A stretch of DNA of 63,677 nt, filler included, from Sluysia triapertura (lineage: Eukaryota), in the NCBI GenBank assembly GCA_046118255.1. It is 4 parts of 4 records of this genome, joined end to end, with 100 filler letters (N's around TTAATTAATTAA, not from the genome) between each part and the next. Parts side by side here need not be neighbours in the genome. Positions count along the whole stretch, not along the records: positions 11,715 to 39,282 come from JBJNIA010022179.1; positions 39,383 to 52,498 come from JBJNIA010058431.1; 2 more parts are not named here. One strand, 5' to 3'. Shown here one piece after another: positions 36,541 through 50,300 of the stretch. The position numbers and the translations under genes are program-made. The notes beneath the pieces were generated by a model that was given only the letters and a program-made list of their open reading frames with translations, was not told the DNA's origin and ran no database searches. Position 1 is the stretch's first letter, and each line of letters begins with the position of its first letter.

Positions 36541-39282
36541 CAAAAATTATATAATTTTACAGTGTTTATTAATAAATTATTATTATTAATTAATGTTATT
36601 TAATTAAAATATAAAATTATACATATAACTAAAAATATTGATTAAAATAGTTATTTATAAATCATAAAATCAATATAATCATAAGTTAGATTATTTATAA
36701 CTTTCACACAAATTCACAGTGATTATAAACATAAACAATAATATGATTGTTGATTGAGAGTTCTATTAACTGCCACATTTTTTTAAAAATATTTTTATGT
36801 TTTATTTTTGACATATTGACGTTGTTTTAATATTAAATTTTTATGAAAAATATTTCATTGCATCTTATTTGTGATAAACAGGAAAAATTGAAATTTCGAA
36901 GTACATTGAATCTTATCAATATATTCAGAAAACAGAGTAGCAGATGTTTTCTCAGGTAAATTTAAAACAGAACTTTCAAGAAGAACCATGAAGGATATCA
37001 AAATAAACAAGGATTTAGTCATACTAATTGGACCGATAAGGAAAGTGGTAAATTTACAATAGAATTTGTTGATAATTTTAATGAATTTGTTTCTAAAGCA
37101 CGGATACTTGATACTCTTGGTGAAGATGAATTTATAAATTTAGGTTTTACTGAAGATTATGTAAGTTTAGAAGAAGAATTTGAATTTGAAAGTAAAATCT
37201 TAGAGAAAATACTGGAGTTCAAGAAGATTTTACAAATAGTGACAAGTTAGATGATGATGAAAAAGAATAACCAAATAATGACACTCGATTAATAAAACAA
37301 TACTTAGACTAATCCGACATGTTAGATTTTAAAGCTATGGAAGGAATGAATCAAGTTAGAAAAAATATTTGCACACTAGACAATTGGATGATAAATAATA
37401 AACTTGTTTATAATTAATAATAAAATTTATACTTAATAATATTAACAAATCACTGTCGGATAATTTATTTAACAAAACCTCAATAATTTCTAATAATCAC
37501 TAAATCCAATATAAAATTATCACAAATTTTCTTATTTTAATAATCATATTTATTCAACCCAAAAATAACATTTTAAAATCAAATTAATAATAACAATTCA
37601 ATAATTTAATAATTACAAAAACAAATACAAATTGCTATTATACATTTCCGCTTTAGCAATAATAAAAATGATTAAATCACAAAGTTAACAATAATATTTA
37701 TAATAATACTAAGGACACAACAATCTATCCAAAGAAACCAGAGGTGACGCAACACTAAAAAATATGAATTATTATTCACGATTATTCCTTAATAATAATC
37801 AAATATAAATTTCCCAAAAACAACACAAAAACAAAAACTATTTTAATGAAATCTCCAAAAATAATATTATTTTTTATGATAAAATAAATTCAAAAATTAC
37901 TTAAATCACGGATCTTCTCATTTGTGTTATTAATTGTTGTTGAGAAGTAAAAAAAATTTTGGTATTCCTTTTTATATTTTCTCATCATCCAATAATTCCC
38001 AAATTTTTCTCCAAAGTTTGAACAACGTACCAAGCAATTATTAAAAAAACAAACAAGAAATGGAATTAGTACTGGACGAATTATCAGAAAAATTAGACTA
38101 ACTCGTAAACTAACGAATAATTTTAGCACCAACAAGGAAATGTTATTTTCTTAAGCTAAAGGTCATTTAGAATTCAATGCAGAATACTTTCATGTAATTA
38201 TTAAGCCGTATTTTTAACTATTATGGTTTAGAAATTAAAAAAACAGATAGATACAAAATTAATATTGTTTTAGTTATAGTTATTTTGTTATCATTATGAT
38301 TATGTCATTGGTATAATTATTTGGTAGTCAGCATTTTTCTGTCGGAACCTGAAATTAAAAAAAATATATAAATAAAGTAATATTAATTAATCTCTTGGTC
38401 AACAAAGATTATAATTAAAAAATCTATACCTCTTCTATAAGTATCATTATGTTTATAAATAAAATTATGTTTGCTCAACAAGTTCTAAGTTGCTCATCGC
38501 GGTCACCAATTAAATGTCTTCATTTTGATTGTGCTAAAAGTACTTCCGAACCTAATTTAAAAAGGTCTCGATCTGGTGATGCTAGAATAGAACATGAAAG
38601 CATATTAAAAAAGAAGTCAAAATATGATATTGCTGATTCTTTCACTGTCGAAAACTATAAGCTAGAAAATGCCCCACCATTAAATTATGAACTTTTATTT
38701 CAAAGAATGGACATAAGTGTATGTGTTTTATATTATATTCTTTTTTAGTTTATATTGTTATTAATATTAATAAAAGATTCATTTATTTGTTTAATTTTTC
38801 ACAACAATGTTTAAAGTATTTTAAGATTAAATTATTGTTAAAATTAAAAAAATCTCTTTTAAAAAAGTTAAAAATAAAATTTATCATCACAAATTTTCTG
38901 TTAATTTTATGACAAAATAACGCCTCGCTAAAATTACTAAATTCTTAAATACACATCAAACAGTAAACAATCGACTATTATTGTGAATTTTACATTGAAA
39001 ATTATCTCTTTCTGCAGCACTTTTCATTAAGATTACACTCTGATCAAAACTTTTCTCAATTCTGTTGTGTAATAATTTTTTTATATTTATGGGGAGTTGT
39101 ATATTTGTTAGTTTGTGTCGGCTATTATGTTTTAGAATGATAAAAGATTTTAAAAGTGTTAATTTATGAAGAACATTGTATTCATCTATGAAGTAAACAG
39201 AATACGATAAGTTCGACGTTGTGGTATTATGTCGGACTGGCTTTACGAGCTTTAAAGCTCCGTAAAGCTCGACTTTAACCGA

Positions 39283-39382
39283 NNNNNNNNNNNNNNNNNN
39301 NNNNNNNNNNNNNNNNNNNNNNNNNNTTAATTAATTAANNNNNNNNNNNNNNNNNNNNNNNNNNNNNNNNNNNNNNNNNNNN
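39283..39382. other. assembly linker
   Basis: 44N-TTAATTAATTAA-44N. Confidence 0.97.
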
Positions 39383-40499
39383 ATAGGTTCAATTTAAGAA
39401 CCTTATCAAAATCATTACCGGTTCCGAGTAAGAACCGAATTAAAATACTACATGATTAAAATAAAAAATAATTAATAATATCATAAAATCCTCCAAGATA
39501 TTTTAACAGTCTTACACTATTAGTCATGCGATAAATCCAACGGTTGGCCGTTAATTCAGTAAGTCCTATACGTTGGTGGACTCACCTTTTTAATTTTATT
39601 CTGTCCACACTTTACGTGACATTTTCTTATGGTAGCGACGTAGCCTATTTTTGAATTTTTGGAATTGTCACATAATGAATATTGCCAGAGAACTTAGGGA
39701 AAAATTAGGGAATTATATGCTTTGTATCGTTTCTCAAAAGAAAATTCCAAGTTTTTCAAATGTTTTATTTGTCTGAAAGAAACCGAATATCTCAAAGATT
39801 GTGAAGAAGATATTTTAAAAATAAACTTTAAACTGTTTCATTTTAATAATTGCAATTTTATATTCTTTTAATTCAGGTAATAATGTCTTATATTTATCAA
39901 AGTTTGAAAATTTATTAGATAGTAAATTATACTTTTAATAGTTAAATGAATCCGCATCAAGATTCATATCATTATCATTTATATACAAGCTAGCTGCCAC
40001 ATGGAATGGCCGCAGATCATTTCCGTATTAGACTTTCCATCCATAGTAATGATTAAATGTTTAAAAACTTTATGACAGTATCTGGTGGAATTTCATTTTC
40101 CATTTATTCATGCGTTGCTCTAATTCTTTTTTAATCTGTAACGTATCATGTTGGTTTCTTAAACTTTTCTAAACTCTCTTTTAGTCCTCTATCACCTTCG
40201 AAATGTTTTCAGTAATTCTACTAAAAGTTTTATGCAGTTGAAAAAAAGAAGCCTGGAAAGGATTGCTATGAGTAAGAAACAGTGAACTTCGCGTACCTAA
40301 CAAGGCCTTAAACGCTAAATGGAACAGTTAAACCAATTTATAAGTAATATTGATATCAATTACCGTGAAGGTTAATTTGTTTTTATAATGAATTTCAGGA
40401 TAACAGATGGACGTGGTAATGATTCTTTTGGCCGAAAAAATAAGTATTATACGCAAGGGCATAGTCTTATATGACTATGCGTAAATATAAAATACTACA

Positions 40500-40763
40500 A
40501 TTATACATTTATAAAATTACAAGAAAAAGTAGAAAATGGAAAACTGCAAGACACAAGGAAAGTATTGTGTTAACGAGTGTTTTGTTTTCCTTTGATCGAA
40601 AATGTTAGTAGAAAGGGTTTTATTATGAATCTGCAATTTTGTAAGGGTGTATGATGTGATGTTGTGAATGATATGACAAGACTTGTTATGATGTATTTTT
40701 TTGTGATGAGGTTTGTGTAGATGATTTTGTGATATGTAGGTTATTGTGGGCTGGGCCACCACA
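40500..40763 (-). mobile_element. TGTGGTGG-terminus element fragment
   Basis: TGTGGTGGCCCAGC followed by a C/A-rich, G-poor strand; abuts a truncated tRNA repeat. Confidence 0.5.
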
Positions 40764-40832
40764 CCCGCCTAACAATTTTTAGATTGCTATAGTTCATTAT
40801 AATACATGGAACTTTAGGCCTGTATGCCAACA
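40764..40832 (-). mobile_element. tRNA-containing short repeat, leader only
   Basis: TGTTGGCATACAGGCCTAAA...AAAATTGTTAGGCGGG, then interrupted. Confidence 0.7.
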
Positions 40833-40876
40833 TATCAAATTCAACGGAATTGCAGAAACATAAAAATAAGCAACAA

Positions 40877-40942
<66 letters not shown>
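40877..40942. repeat. (AAT)n microsatellite
   Basis: Perfect trinucleotide run. Confidence 0.95.
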
Positions 40943-41212
40943 TAGTGTTTATAGCACTAGACTTCTCATGTGAATATGATTATTATTTTAGAGATTGATT
41001 TCTTAAGCCAACTTAGAAAAAATTACGTTTTAACGAAGATTTTTGTGTTTTAATTAAGGAAGGTACTTTAGTAATGATTTTATTTTAATTATATCATTAT
41101 TAAAAAGAATAACAATTAACATTTTTAATTCTAAACTTAACGAATTTAATAAACGATTTAACTTCCTTTAAAATTGAAAAGAATTTAAACAATATATTAA
41201 CCAGAAACCAAT

Positions 41213-43121
41213 TTAATTTATTTTTAGAGAAAAAGGATCAAAATTATATAATAACGTACTTGAGCAATAGAATTTGTTACTCAATTCGTGTAGTGTTTTA
41301 TTATTATCAAATCTTGGTAGTGGTATGTCGGTTTCTTTTAAAATTTCGAGTTTTAGTTTAGTCAATTTGAAATCTAGTCCGTCTACTTTGGCATAAATGA
41401 TTATTACACAAAAACTAACAGATCTCGATTCATTACATTTTGATATTGCAAATTTAGTTTGACTTGAATTGTGTAAAAATAATTTCACAACAATGCTAGA
41501 CGGTGACAAAACATTAATATACGCGATATCATGTAGTAAAAATGATTCTGCTAATTTCAATAAATAAAAAAAAGATATAATCTTCTTTATTATCATTTTC
41601 ATTTTATCATCAATCGATTTTTTTAAACTTGACAATATTATTAATTTTTTAAAATATATTTCAGATAAAATTTCAGATAGAAGGGTTTTGCAGAACCATA
41701 TCACGAGAGTGATCCACCACATAATATTTCCACATATCAAAAAACATCTTGTAAATTAAATCAACGTATAATTTTCAATAAAAACTTTTAGAAATAAATT
41801 TAATAATATATATAAAAACTCATTACATGTTGATTACATATATTACATCTTAATATATTTTACTGATGATAGTGTTTTAACCATTTGAGGTCCAGTGATT
41901 TTATTAAAGTGTTGATAGCCAGGTATGGGTTAATTTTTAGAACGAAATAACTCGATTTCAATGAATTCATATATTTGCTTGTGTCAGAGAGTGGACTTTG
42001 AAGTGTTAAAAGAAAATCAACGAAGACCCGAAAGTCAGAATTATTTTTATAACATATAATTTGATTTTATAGTCAATTTAAACATTTTGGCAGCTTTAAA
42101 AAATATTAAAAATTGTCAATTGCACAAAGACGTCTTTTGATAAATTATCTTTAATTTAAGGTGCACTTAACTCTAAAGTGTCATCTCGATCGATTTTCTC
42201 CTCTGCTTCTTCATTAAGATCAAAGGAAAAGAATTCAGTTTTGTTTAGCCATGGCTAAATAAAATATAACTGTATCCATAGGATCTTTTGCACGTTTTCA
42301 GTAACTTGTTGCAACATCTCCTATGTCTTGTTTGTATAACACTTCCTCAGTTTTTCATGTCATTTTGTTCTGATTTTCTACTTTCGTTGATGTTCATGGG
42401 TTCAGACATCTCTCTGTAGATAATTTTTGTTCTTGCTCTTCATGATGCTTCTTCTGGTCGTGCATTGTTTGGACATTATTTTCTTTAACAATTATATTGT
42501 TTAGCTTTTGTTTGACTGTGTTGGCTACGAAGTGCATTGCTTAGCGCCACTTAAAACTAAATCTATTAGTAGAAAGTCTTCTTGACGTGCGACCTCATTG
42601 GTTGAAGTAGAACTAACAATAGCATCTCGATTATAAGGGAATCTCAGATTCATCATGATTAAGAGCAAAACTTGCTGGTGAAAAGGATGCGGAAGATGCA
42701 TTTGGGTCGGATGTTCCTGGGAGATATTTTGATTATCTTCTTTTTTGTGATGGTCTTTAGTATTGAAACTCTCATATCATAGGATACAAAACTGTTCAAA
42801 TTGTTTTTATCTGTTAACGTTGAAGAATCATCATTTAGTAATCGGCGAAACATCCATTCTCTGTGGTGTCGAATTTTGACTGATACTATGATCTAAACCC
42901 GGTGTGATTAAAAGGTAATAAAACATATTTGGAAGCACTTGATCAAACGGATATGACTTTATCGACTCTGTAGATTTATAACGACTTTGTGATTTCCTAG
43001 ATTTTGAAGATTCGATTAAGGCATATATCGATTTTTTACACGGCAATAAAACGTAACAATAGTGATAAAATGTAAAAAGAAAAGTGCATAAGAATAAACA
43101 TACATACAAACGTACATACAT
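41213..43121 (-). pseudogene. disrupted long gene of unknown function; possible third member of the element-borne family
   Basis: Co-oriented ORF pieces 42831..43121, 42659..42853 and 41213..41740. Weak collinear similarity to the 54300-54926 translation; strand-skewed upstream region at 43120-43450. Confidence 0.4.
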
Positions 43122-43939
43122 TTATATATACACATGCATGCAACAAGAAGAATGTGAAAAGGTAAAGTGATGTGACAATAATAAAATTATAATAACAATT
43201 ATGAAGTTAAAATTATAATAGAATTTTTATGTAGTTTAATGTGATATAATTACGAGAATATTAAAATTATTGTGAAAATTATTATTGTGATAGAAATTAT
43301 AACAATAAATATAACCGATGACTATGTTTATGTTTTGAATGAATCGAGTAATTTATTTAGTGTTTTGTTTATGCAAAAAACGTTCATTTGTGATGAATTG
43401 TATTTGTGATTTTGATGTGAAAATGTGGAGTTCACTAACAATAACCTTACTACAAACGAACTTGCGAATTTTGGATCATCAAATTATTTCAGATTAAATT
43501 GAATATATCAAAAAGTTTCTTGTGAAGTTGATCGTATGCTGCCAAAACGTGCTCCGCGGATAATCAAAGCATAGGTTCAAGACAGTAAAAGTTGGTGAAG
43601 TTGTATGCTGTCAAAGGGCGTTATTGTACATAATCAAAGTATTGGACAATATAAGCTTTTGTTGAGAAATTTTGTATACTTTTTTGTGAGACTTATATAA
43701 CTATAGGTAGAACATATTTTTGTCTTTATTATTTTAAGTATTTATCAAACATATTTTTAAGATTCTAAAACATTAAATAATCGACATATTTAAAATTTAA
43801 TGTAATTAATAATTTTTAAAACATTAAATTATGTAATTTTATTTTAATACAAACAAAAATTAAATATTTATTACTTATTAAATGAGACATTTTCATTCTC
43901 ATTAATTATTATTTCATTCTCACTTATCAATTATTTTGA

Positions 43940-43979
43940 TTACTATTATCATTACAATTATTAATATTATTATTATTAC

Positions 43980-44034
<55 letters not shown>

Positions 44035-44035
44035 G
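43940..44035. repeat. (ATT)n microsatellite
   Basis: Direct observation. Confidence 0.95.
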
Positions 44036-45060
44036 TCAGTTAATTTTATTCATATTTACATTATATTTTTATAATATTCGGTTTGTCTTGACGAAACGAT
44101 TTTAAAAAATGTATTTTTATTATAATTCATCACATTTTAAAAATTAATTTTGTTGTGGAATAATATCTCATTTTACATTATTACATCCTTCCAGCTTAGT
44201 GGTTTACATGCGCGCACTTAATTTGAATTGGTATAAATCGCTCTGATTGGTTGAGTGTTTCAATTGTAAGAGTATTATATTAAATTTGGATTTTGTGTTA
44301 ATTAAATGGAAAAGGGTATTTTAATTTTTGATTTATTTGATGATGCACGTGTGTGGAGCATATAGCATTTTCACAGAGTTATATTTAAGTAGTCAAAGCT
44401 GATTTTCATGGTAAATTAATCATGAAAGAAGTCGATTATCAGTTAACATCTGTTATAATCTGCTATCACATGATCTGACAACCTACCACACAAGAATTTG
44501 ATGTATAAAAGCATATATTACATACACAGAGTGATTATCCTAGTTATATTTGTAAAGGTTTTATGGTTATCGAAATTTACATGCTCTAATATAAATCAAA
44601 TAAATGTATGACCGTCCGAAGAAATCTCCATTTCCTTAAAAGCATTCACCGTGATAAAACAAACGAATTTATGCAAGAAAATTGGTTATCATTGGAACTT
44701 TATGACTATACGATGAAATCTCCATCCAGGAATGATACCAGTCTAATCTTGTAATGATTTTGTTGCTAACTGTTACTAAAAATTACTGAATAATGACAGA
44801 AAATCAACATCACAAAACCTATATATTTAAGATTGTGATTACATTTTAAGAATAATAGATAAATGCCGTCATGTTATTAATTTACATAATCAAAAACTTT
44901 AAATGCCTGTAAAAACTGTGTAAACATACTAATTTAATATTAAAAACTTAAACGGCAAGAAAATAAATAACAAATAAATACATTTATTAAAAGTCCTAAT
45001 TATAATCAGATAAATATAAAATTCGTCATCAAAATCATCATCAATCTCATTAGTTAGAAA

Positions 45061-45450
45061 TTAGTATCCATAAACTCTACTATGATTCTTCTCTTGTACC
45101 TCTTGTCATCTTTGTTGGAAAATGCAATTTTTTGATTGGATTTTATATAATTAATGGTTTGATCTATAAAATAAATGTTACTATTTTCAAATTATTCTTT
45201 ATATTCTTGAAATTTATAAAATCATTATCGTACACCTTAGCTGATTCACTAACATTTCATCCTTTAATTTCATTATCCTTAATAAACCTGAACTTAGCTT
45301 TGACCTTAACTATTCCTAATTAATGTCTCTCAACTTAACTATCATTTTCTTAGGAAAATGTTCTGACTTCATTTTTGATCACTTAAATTGTAACTTAAAA
45401 TTTGGTGATTGTTACTTAAATCACTTTCTAAATGAATATTTTTAGAGTCC
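45061..45450 (-). pseudogene. Polinton/Maverick protein-primed DNA polymerase B, C-terminal remnant
   Basis: Manual translation ends ...QKIAFSNKDDKRY/KNHSRVYGY*, matching the pPolB terminal K.ALS..DDKR...YG[YH] pattern. Confidence 0.7.
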
Positions 45451-46169
45451 AATGCCCTTTCCTAAACCTACGAACTAGTACATTACTTTATTCATCTTCT
45501 TCGACATTAATTCCATCTTCATTCGTCAATTGTAAATCGAAAAGGAAATACTTTTGTAAAAATAACAATTGCTTTAGTACACCTTCTTGTTTTATCTTCA
45601 TTTTCGACTTTATTTGCCATTTGCAAATAATCTAAAAATTAATATAAAAAAATAAAAATTACTTTTATATCTTTCAATTCTGAAATACCTTCTTCCCTGT
45701 CCTGCATGTTAACATTAATTATATTAATAATAAAAACTCACTTCAGGATATATATAAAATAATTGTGTCCGAAAACTTTATACATATTAAACAATTTTTT
45801 CACTGTAATTCTTTAGATTTATAATAAAGAAAGAAAGAATGTACTTGTGATAAATAATGAGTCACATATTATTCGTTGAATATTTATATAATATTCAACA
45901 TCCACTAAAAAATAAACATACCTAAGTAAAACAAATATGTTACTAAATTACGTTAGTTAATTTTTATCAAGAATGTACTACTTACTATTGTAAATAGTAT
46001 ATTATTGACAAAATTGATTTTAAAATAATTTTGATGTCGAAAATTATTCTTGACTGCAATAATTGAAATTTACCTAAAAATTTTAGCAATTTAAAATTTG
46101 ATAATAAAAAAAGAAAATTATGCACAAATATTTATTAATACAACAATTATAAAAAGTATAAACGAACTA

Positions 46170-46570
46170 TTTTTGCATGAAATAATGTAAACGTAATGTC
46201 AAATACGCACAATATTTGTTATGATATGAAATATACATTTGATATTTTGGTACTGTTTTAAGTTCGTTGTATGACGCAATATATTAAACCATTTTCAATT
46301 CTGGAAATAACTTTTTCACGTACACATACTTTTCTACACAAAATATACAAAATACTGTCTGTTTAATGTAATAATTGAATTTAATTTCTTGTAGTCACAT
46401 AAATTGTAACCTAGTGTTCATCATCTAAATTACTTGAATCTATATTTACAATGTAACCACCTTCGTCCAAATATGATGGAATTTTGTCCAATGTAAATGC
46501 ACATTTAAACTCTTTTTCAAGTAGAGCATTATTAATTTGATTAAGTTCTGAAGAACCAATTAAATTATTT
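46170..46570 (-). pseudogene. Polinton/Maverick adenain-like cysteine protease remnant
   Basis: EFKCAFTLDKIP...GYIVNIDSSNLDDEH*VTIY corresponds to the family IVN.D.S...G.HWVA.Y block (TGG>TAG); downstream Q...KYCAY block. Confidence 0.8.
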
Positions 46571-46594
46571 TATAAATATAAAACTTACTTCATT

Positions 46595-47345
46595 TACAAC
46601 ATAATTAGACAGTTATTGTTTCTTTTATTTCATTATTGAAAACACCATCAATCAAAACTATTTTTGGTTCATTGTTTTTTGATTATGTAAATATGTAAAA
46701 GTAGCCATTCCTATTCCATTATTTATATTTTTATTAAGATATCTAAGTTCTAATAATTGATTTAACGACTATGTGCATATTATCAAAATTCGATAGTCTG
46801 TATTTCGACTTAGACTGTGTACAAAACTTGATACATCTTTTTAACTCTTCCTTCGTTTGATGTGTAATCGAAACAAATTTCGGTAACCGTGAATCAGCAA
46901 GAATTTGATCTTTATAAAATCTAAGTTGTCCCTTTGATATAAATTTCATTTGATTTTTGTAGACCTAATTGATGTCCAAAACTTATGGCTCAACTTTAAC
47001 TCGTCTTACATGTACTTTTGCATCTGTCAAAACAACTTTATAGCAACAAACACCTGAAAACATGTCATTTCGGAATCCACAAATTCTGCAACGTTTTCAA
47101 GAAAACTATAAGAAAATGATCCTTAAGTGTTTGTTATGCCAATAAATTATACGTAATTAAACTGTTAGCTAACTTGTTGATTTATTTTTATAACTTTTAT
47201 GATTACCTGCACTCATATTATTAAAATATTGATATGGTCCTACATTTGTGTCATAATAATAAGTGTATAGTCCTAAGTTCTTATTGTGTTCGTAATCTGA
47301 ACATATTGCATTATTATATATAATTATTTTTGGTGTTTTAGTCAT
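46595..47345 (-). pseudogene. Polinton/Maverick double-jelly-roll major capsid protein remnant (internally deleted)
   Basis: YKVVLTDAKVHVRRVKVEP*/FGHQLGLQKSNEIY/ISKGQLRFYKDQILADSRLPKFV...KIVLIDGVFNNE resembles conserved Polinton MCP (PY) blocks, in the expected order. Confidence 0.75.
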
Positions 47346-50300
47346 ACTAATTAATATTAAAATTTAGGTTTTGTAATTTTTGTCCTACAATTTTTTTAAT
47401 GTTTAAATGTTTTTGCTTAATAATAATAATAATGTAAAATGAGTTTATGATGCTAATACAGATATTTTATACCACAAAACACAGGAAAAAATGAAATAAT
47501 ATTTGAAACAGCAAGATGTTTTTAAAAAACAAAATAAAATAAATACCAAATCAAATTTTTTTTGATTGTAACATTGCAAAAGATCCATTTTTAATAATTA
47601 AAAAAAATAATATGATTTTCTAAATGCACTAATTTGTGTACCAACTTTTTAATTCATATTACTCAGTTTATTTCTGTCCACGCATGAACAATAAAAATTT
47701 GTATATAAATATGAAGCGAGTTTTGTCATATTAATGTTGATAAAACAATACCACTTTTGTCAAATTCGACTGGCGTACCCAAGCCACTCATTTCTGAATC
47801 ATCGTTTCTTTATAGATTTAAAAATTGAATAGTTCAAATTTAACGAAATATTGTTTAAATATTCATTATAATTATTAAAATTATATAGTCGTAGATCTTT
47901 TACAACTTCATTGCAATCTTATTGAGTATAAGTTTACCGAAAATTTTAATAAGATTTTGTAAGCTTTAGAACAATTAAAAAGTAGTGAGATATTTTTAGA
48001 CTGAAAAACTACGATTTACAGTACATATTCAGATCTTGGTGATATTATGCACTCAAAGCAATTGGTGAATCAAATCTAAAATTTTAAAGAATAGAAATAA
48101 TCATTACACTTCATAAAAGGCACAAAACTGCCTTTGATTATTTAAAGCTTTTGTAAATATACTGAATTATTATCGATGAAAAAAAGAATATTGTGTTAGT
48201 AAGCAGTGAAATTGATTTTTAATGTGATTTAATATTCTGGAATGAGTGAAATGATACTATCTAACATTTATTGTCATAAATTACAAGAAAATGTTGTGTT
48301 GTTTTTTGAACCTAAATTAATTAATTAATTAAATTAATTTAATTACAAATTGTGTTCTAGTTGTAATCCACTACAACTTATTTAAAACATTAATACTTTA
48401 TTTAAATTATTACTGACATGAATGTAAACTTCCTAGGCGGTAAAACTTTGGAATTTAATTTTCTCTGCAGCTATCTCTTTTATATAATTTTTTAATGTCA
48501 TACTGTCTGACAAAATGAACAATGATTTATTCATAGTCAAAGAAACTAATACAAATGTACATGTGTTAAAAAGAAAGATAAACAAATTAGTATAAAAATC
48601 TGTGTACTTTTATTATTAAATTCGTTTTCAGTTTTAAAACGTTATTTTTGTATTATTAATTTACTAACACAATATTCGATTTTTATACGATTTTGGATTT
48701 TTTCTATTGTATTGATGTTATATACTTGCAATGTTCATATGAGATTAAAGACAGGTAATAACAATGTTTAAGTGATGAAGATAATGTATCATCAGTTGTT
48801 AGATGTCAAGTGATAAGTTCAATGATGTAACAAGACAAAGTGTCGGTGCAACTGAAATTCACTTAATGAATAGTGTGCTTTGAGGAATGTCAAAAGTATA
48901 ATCGTGATCAGGATTATAAGTATAAACCAGCGTAAAAAGAATAATTTATTCACATTTATTGTCTTATGTAGCACATTCACCTTAACTTTAGTCGTTTAAC
49001 CTATTGATTAGGCAATGTATATCCGTTATTATGATTACTTAAGTACCTAAAATTTATAACCTTATAGAAGATTTTAATTGTCTTAACATGTGATCTTTTA
49101 ACATTCAGCATCTCAACATTTGTGATATATAAAATCTAACTTATATTAACATTTTAAGATTCAAATTAAAGGCTCCCAAATTTTCTTTCTTTAGGATGAA
49201 TTAACATCGAAATTTGATAGAGACAAAACTTTTTATTATTATAATATATAGTTTATAAGTTAACGAAAGGCGCCACTTATAGTTAGTGTCTATCAGGCGA
49301 ACTACCCTACAACAAATTTGTAATACAATAAATCAAAAGAACAGAATTATTAATGGTTGGGGGTTTAGAAATGTTGAAAACATGTCTATAACTGTCTTTC
49401 TTGAGTTATATGTAACTGTTTTTCCAGAATCTTCGTAGTTTTCACAAAATTCTTGAATCTATCATAACTCGAAATAAAGATATCATAGTGCACTCGATCT
49501 CGTAATTCTTTACTAATTTATTTCTTAGTGTTCGGACATAGTTCGTCAACAACATGGGACTTTAACTTTACTTGCTGCAATATTTCAGTGTCGTTTATCT
49601 TGTTTCGTTCACTGACCTTATTCGACCGTATCAATATTTCGTAGTTTTTTAACATTCATGTGATTAAGATTGTAATATACATTGGCATAAATTTTACTTC
49701 AAGAACATAACTCATTTAGTTCTGAGTCTTTAATAACATGTAGTTTCATTTCGCGTTGTTCATTGGCAACACTTATACAGTAATGTTTATAATCATTATT
49801 AACGTACTTTACTTTATCTTCGTATGGTTTAACTCGTGATCTTTATTGATGTATAGCTTTACTTCATCTTGTTTTTTAAAGACATTTAATTTATAATCAT
49901 CGTTGACATCTCCCTCGCCATCATAGTAGATCTTTCAAAATTTCAAGTAATTTAACGTTCTTGCAGCCGTAATTTTATCTTTTAACCGTCAATTTTCTTT
50001 TATTTTTGATTTAATTCATCATTGCAGTTTTTACCAACAATTTAATTTAATTGATTTTCCACCTTTTTTGTTGATAATTTTTTATTCACTTCGCCATAGC
50101 CCTTTTTTCTTTAATGAGACTCTCATTTTTATAATCTTATTTTTGTTAATCACTTTTCATTTTTCTACCTACTTTTTTTAACTCTAGCCTTATTGTCACT
50201 TCCTTTTCTTCTACACTATCCTTATTCCTAAGGTTATTCGTTAAACTTTAATGCATACATAAATACACACACTCATTTTTTGTTCCATATTACATATTAA

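Noticed and set aside
49330-49990. Possible gag-like remnant (YYDGEGDVND) on the minus strand
   Set aside because: Single short motif, heavily disrupted; not supportable without a search.
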